Position numbers and translations under genes: made by a program
The notes under the pieces: model-generated
The model's database searches: none
Seen by the model: only the letters and a program-made list of their open reading frames with translations
Told to the model about the DNA's origin: nothing
Assembly (NCBI RefSeq): GCF_006345805.1
Contig: NC_043005.1
Span: 69,068,001 to 69,132,000, forward strand
Origin: Octopus sinensis
Taxonomy: Eukaryota
DNA length: 64,000 nucleotides
Reading direction: 5' to 3'
Part shown: positions 59,646 to 64,000 of the stretch, in pieces
Layout: every line of letters starts with the position of its first letter
Position numbering within the stretch: position 1 is the first letter of the stretch

Positions 59646-60840
59646 TTGCTTGTTTCAGCTTACAGCTGCGGCCATGCTGATGCACCGCCGTTTTGTGCTA
59701 CACTGTTATTACGAAGAACCTCCTCTAATATGTGGCACTTGGTGAAGAATGGAGTTTTACATATCTACTCTCATTTGCACCTCTTGCCGTGACGTAGGTT
59801 TATCTGGTACTCTCGAAAGGAAGATGTCCAGCTTTGATTTAAAAACTGCTACATCTACTTTGTGCAAGTACCTCAGATTCTTTGGGAGAATATTAAAAAG
59901 CTGTGGGCCTTTGAAACCCAGGCTGTTGCAGACGCTGGTCCTGAAGCATGATGGCATTGCTGGGGTCTTTGGCACTATGCAGTGTCGTCCCGTTCTAGCA
60001 TTGGTGTAGCTTACAATGCCAAAATTTGGCACAATTCCTTCAGGAACTTCCAGGCATATATTACTGGATACCTCTCACGTCTTCTCTCTAGGGAGTAGAT
60101 TCTTAGCTGTTTCAACCTTTGCCAGTTCTGTATTTTCTGCAAGACTTTCGTATCGTCTGCATAGCTTACCAGAGTGGCTATACGGGCATTTGAGAGCATA
60201 TCTGAGAGGGCCACTATAAATAGCAATCGTCCCAAAACAGTGCCCTGTGGAACACCGCTCACTATTTGTGTGTTCATAGAGGTGGTTCTATTAACCACTA
60301 CTGCCTGACTCCTATCTTTCAGGAAGTCATGTAACCACACTCCAAGTTTTCCAGCTATGCCGAGGTCACGCAGTTTGTGGCATATCATACCATGATCCAC
60401 CTTTTCTAAAGCCTTTGCAAAATCAAGGTAGATTACGTCCACATTTGATTTGTTGGTCACGTGGTGTTCCAGATTCATGAGGATTTCTTTAAATCTTGTG
60501 AGGCAATCTTCAAATTTGTCTGTGTGATTTGGGGCATCCGGTGGGCAATATGTATTGCATATGACTATATTATGTTGTCTTATGTATACAATTAAAGTGT
60601 CACATACTGAATTTGAGTATTTCATTAAGACTGGGGCGTGAGGTCATCTCGGATGTATACAGTAACTCCACCATGGCTCCTTTCCCTTCTGTCTGTTCGC
60701 AGTATGGCATAGTTCTGCGTCCTCTATATTAGGGTTGAGGTGAGTTTCCACAAGTGCTATGCATAGGGCTTGATTGCATGCTGTAAGATCTCTCAGGAAA
60801 GAAATTTGGTTTCTATTTTGCTGCAACAGGCTCCCAATAT
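59646..60840 (-). mobile_element. Internally deleted CR1-like LINE (AP-endonuclease start + RT core + C-terminus + 3' tail)
   Basis: IALVETHL, ICNTYCPPD, VDVIYLDFAKALEKVDHG, SGVPQGTVLG, YADDTK, YSLERRRERY, FKSKLDIFL; tail shared with the SINE. Confidence 0.9.
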
Positions 60841-61220
60841 TTAGTAAAAGTATTGGGGTGACGGCTGTGCAGGTGTTAGGGGAGCTCTACATTGTATACT
60901 TTATAGACAATAGTCTTTTCTTTAATTTAATTTTTTATTATCCATCTGGACTATTCCATTTCTGCACGCTAATTTTATTTTTAACTTATTCTCATTTATG
61001 TGAAACCACTTATTCAAGTTCAAGTCATTGATGTAATTTTATACGAATTGCTATTTTTACTTTTGTTATGTTACGATTATATTATACTTTAGTTTGATGT
61101 TAATTATTACTTACTACATATAATTCAATTGTTATTATTATTTTTATTGTTAAAGTGAAAATATCTGACATAAAATAGAGAAATGTTTTTGTTTCATTTT
61201 TAACACGTAATACTGAAATA

Positions 61221-61560
61221 GTGGAGAAGATATGATATTGCTATGGGCTCGCTCTAGGCAAGAAGTTGAACATTTTTTGCCCCTGAAACTACATGGACCC
61301 TAAGTAAGGCATGTGTAAAATCTAAATGAAATTGGTTGTGTAGTTCTCAAATTTTAGGGAATCGTAGTGGAGAAGATATTATATTGCTGTGGGCTCGCCC
61401 AAGGCAAAAAGTTCAAAATGTTTTTGTCGATGACACTCCCCGCACACTAAGTAAGGCATGTGTAAAATTTGAATGAAATTGGTTGTGTAATTCTCAAGTT
61501 TTAGGGAAACACACAGACAGACAGACAGAAAGACACACATTCTCAGTTTTATATATATGA
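61221..61560 (+). repeat. Two 146-bp tandem units followed by (GACA)n and TTTTATATATATGAAGAT; possible non-autonomous Helitron/Helentron-like end
   Basis: GTGGAGAAGATAT at 61221 and 61367 with colinear similarity; family call is inference. Confidence 0.55.
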
Positions 61561-62569
61561 AGATATATATATATATCTGTATATATGTATGTGTGTCTAT
61601 GTACATTCACATATTCTCGCGAATAGCCGCAGGCAAGGCACATTTTGTTGGATAAACGATTATGTGTTCATTACCTTACGGATGTGTATGCGTTGTGTGA
61701 ATGTGTGTATGTGAATGCATGTGCATAAGTATATAAACATGTCAAACATACGTCGTGTTGAGGAAGAAACGAACTACAAATATATGAGAAACATAGGGGT
61801 AGTGAAACTATATTCCCTGATCAAGGCAGGTCTATAAAAAGGAAGAGTCGTTCTGTTCCTTTGGCATCACCTGCCGCTCACAACATCAATAGCTTCCCAG
61901 CATATTTTAATAAATTTATGTACATATTTATTAAGCTATTTTATAATCTATTAATATTTCTATATTAATGTTATCATTGTTGTGATATTTAAATACTTTA
62001 TATATGAGCAGTTATATACAGCTACGTATATAGGTGGATATGTTTGCATGAGTGACTTTGACTGAATGGGAGAACTTGATAATTTAACGTCATGAAATCG
62101 ACAATTTTTCTGCGTAATGTTAATAAGATTTGTAAACGTGAAACGATAACAAATTGAAAATATAGATTTATAGAAAGTTAATCGCTCCTCAGACACTCAT
62201 ATTTTATACTTCTTATTGAATATAAATACACTCGGACTATATAACATATAACATGTTTGAAAGCATACATTTTCGCAATGCGATACAAATATTTTGAAAT
62301 AGAATTATTATATACCCCTATGTAAAATTTGAGTAAGAAAGAGTAGTGAAATTTCAAGTTGAGGTTTATGTACGCCTCTCTACGTAGACGAAGCAATTGA
62401 TATTATGAAGTGATTTCACGAATCGAATTGAATTATTCAATATAGAACTAAGTTTAGTGGAAACAATACTGTGTAAGCATATCTCACTATACTCTATCAT
62501 ACTTGCAGTACTATAAAGGATTATATGAAACAGCAATAAGAATGATGTGCTGCAAGTATATATGCATGC

Positions 62570-63211
62570 AAATTCTGGCGTTTGTTGAAATTTTGTTGAG
62601 AACACTCTTTGTGGTAAGGCGATTTGACGTCTATCTTTAGCATATTAGAAATACACTTTGGTGGTCATTCCTCCTATTTTGCATGTAATAGAATTTTTAA
62701 TCTATGGATTTTTAAATATGGTAAGGCACTAGTTTTAATTGATGTTAATTGACTAAGATCAATTTCTACCCTCATTATTGAATTTCTAAATAACAATGGT
62801 CTCTAATCGGTAAATTAGCTGCAGAAATTTATTAACTGCAGAGTTATTTCCGGCCTCAGCACGCCAAAATGAAGACATTTGAAAGATACCACCAAATATA
62901 AAATGCAGAACATTATACATATACTCTTTTGGGTAAGCGTTCTGTGTATAATTCTGTAAATGTGTTTGTTTTGTAAGCAAAAGACTACGCTGATGATGAG
63001 TTTACGGATATTTAAATTCGTAAATATTAACATACGAAAATATGGTACACAGGAAATCGTTTTATTTTGTATATTTTCATTTGTCTTGTTCATTTTTAAA
63101 TTCTGGCGTCTGCTGAAATTTTCTTGAGAACACACTCTTCGTCGTAAGGCGATTTGATGTCTATCTTTAGCATATTAGGAATCCACTTTGGTCGTCATTC
63201 CTCTTATTTTG
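62570..63211. repeat. ~112-bp direct repeats (62570-62681 / 63099-63211) within an older diverged duplication
   Basis: AAATTCTGGCG...GTAAGGCGATTTGA.GTCTATCTTTAGCATATTAG...TATTTTG in both. Confidence 0.85.
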
Positions 63212-63693
63212 TGTGCATTATATATATATACATATATATACATGTATATATTGCTGTAACTTAATACGATTTGCAATAATGTGGTTCATCATGTAAATGC
63301 AATTGGAATATCTATAACAAGGATTACAATACCATAATGGTAAACGGCATCTAGGTATTATAATATAAATTTGAATCTATGCTTATTGCTCATATATATA
63401 TAGGTGTGTATGTTTCTACGTCTGTATATATGTGTATGTGTGTGTGTGTAAAACACATACATACAGATACGTACGCGAGCGCGCACACACACGTATGTAT
63501 TGCCGGTTTTATTTACGTTCCCATAATGCACTAGGGTCTAATTGTTTGGACAAACCCCTCAAGATAAACCGTTTACACTCAGACTTATTCATCAGCCTTT
63601 CCACAAAGTGTCACAAAACTGATTGCCCATTCAACGGGCTTATATTCCTTTAGAATGCAGTCGACTTTGACCAGTGACATTTATTTTCATCAG

Positions 63694-63756
63694 GGACTGA
63701 TGAAAATCGGTTTCCGCTGAATAGAAGAGCATGGAGCTGTGTTCATTGTGGCTGAG
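63694..63756 (+). other. Candidate 63-nt exon carrying a possible start codon
   Basis: Acceptor TTTATTTTCATCAG, donor GAG|GTAAGC, AGCATGG context at 63731 giving MELCSLWL; no corroboration. Confidence 0.2.
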
Positions 63757-64000
63757 GTAAGCCGTGGTTTCTACATTTAATATTTCCAAGCAAAAAGAAC
63801 GCTAAATGTTCCAACACCTACTTTAGAACCTCATTCACGTATCATCGCTTCATTGCATTTACACATCAGCGCTACATTCTTTTTACCATTATTCGGTGTC
63901 TAAAGAATGCATTCATCCATACATTCTTTTTACATAACTCGCACACTTTTCCGCTATTTAAACTGATATTCCTTATCATCTGCGAAAAATATCTGCAATA

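Noticed and set aside
62990-63056. CTGATGA, a hairpin, then GAAA...GGTA
   Set aside because: Helix III and stem I do not pair; probably chance

Overview
AT-rich eukaryotic, microsatellite-dense and repeat-dominated window. The repeat content (tRNA-head SINEs, R4/Dong, RTE, CR1-like and Penelope-like elements, mariner, piggyBac, (AT)n/(AAT)n arrays) suggests a cephalopod, probably octopus; this is an inference, not verified. No intact, identifiable host gene was found, only weak candidate exons. Most short ORFs in the track are microsatellite artefacts. Two stand-out structures: (1) three different ORF1-only (gag-knuckle, L1/Tx1-like) elements stacked head-to-tail behind a truncated SINE head, with the same ~14-bp SINE-internal sequence AAGAAGCTT(G/C)CTTC at every junction (35.6-40.2 kb); (2) at least four type I hammerhead ribozyme motifs with palindromic or near-palindromic helix III, in islands bounded by (TA)n tracts, two of them forming a 120-bp inverted repeat (58.7-59.6 kb). 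The window also has two recent tandem duplications (819 and 1266 bp), a ~600-bp foldback, and SINE/LINE 3'-tail sharing. All alignments and translations were done by eye; no searches were run.
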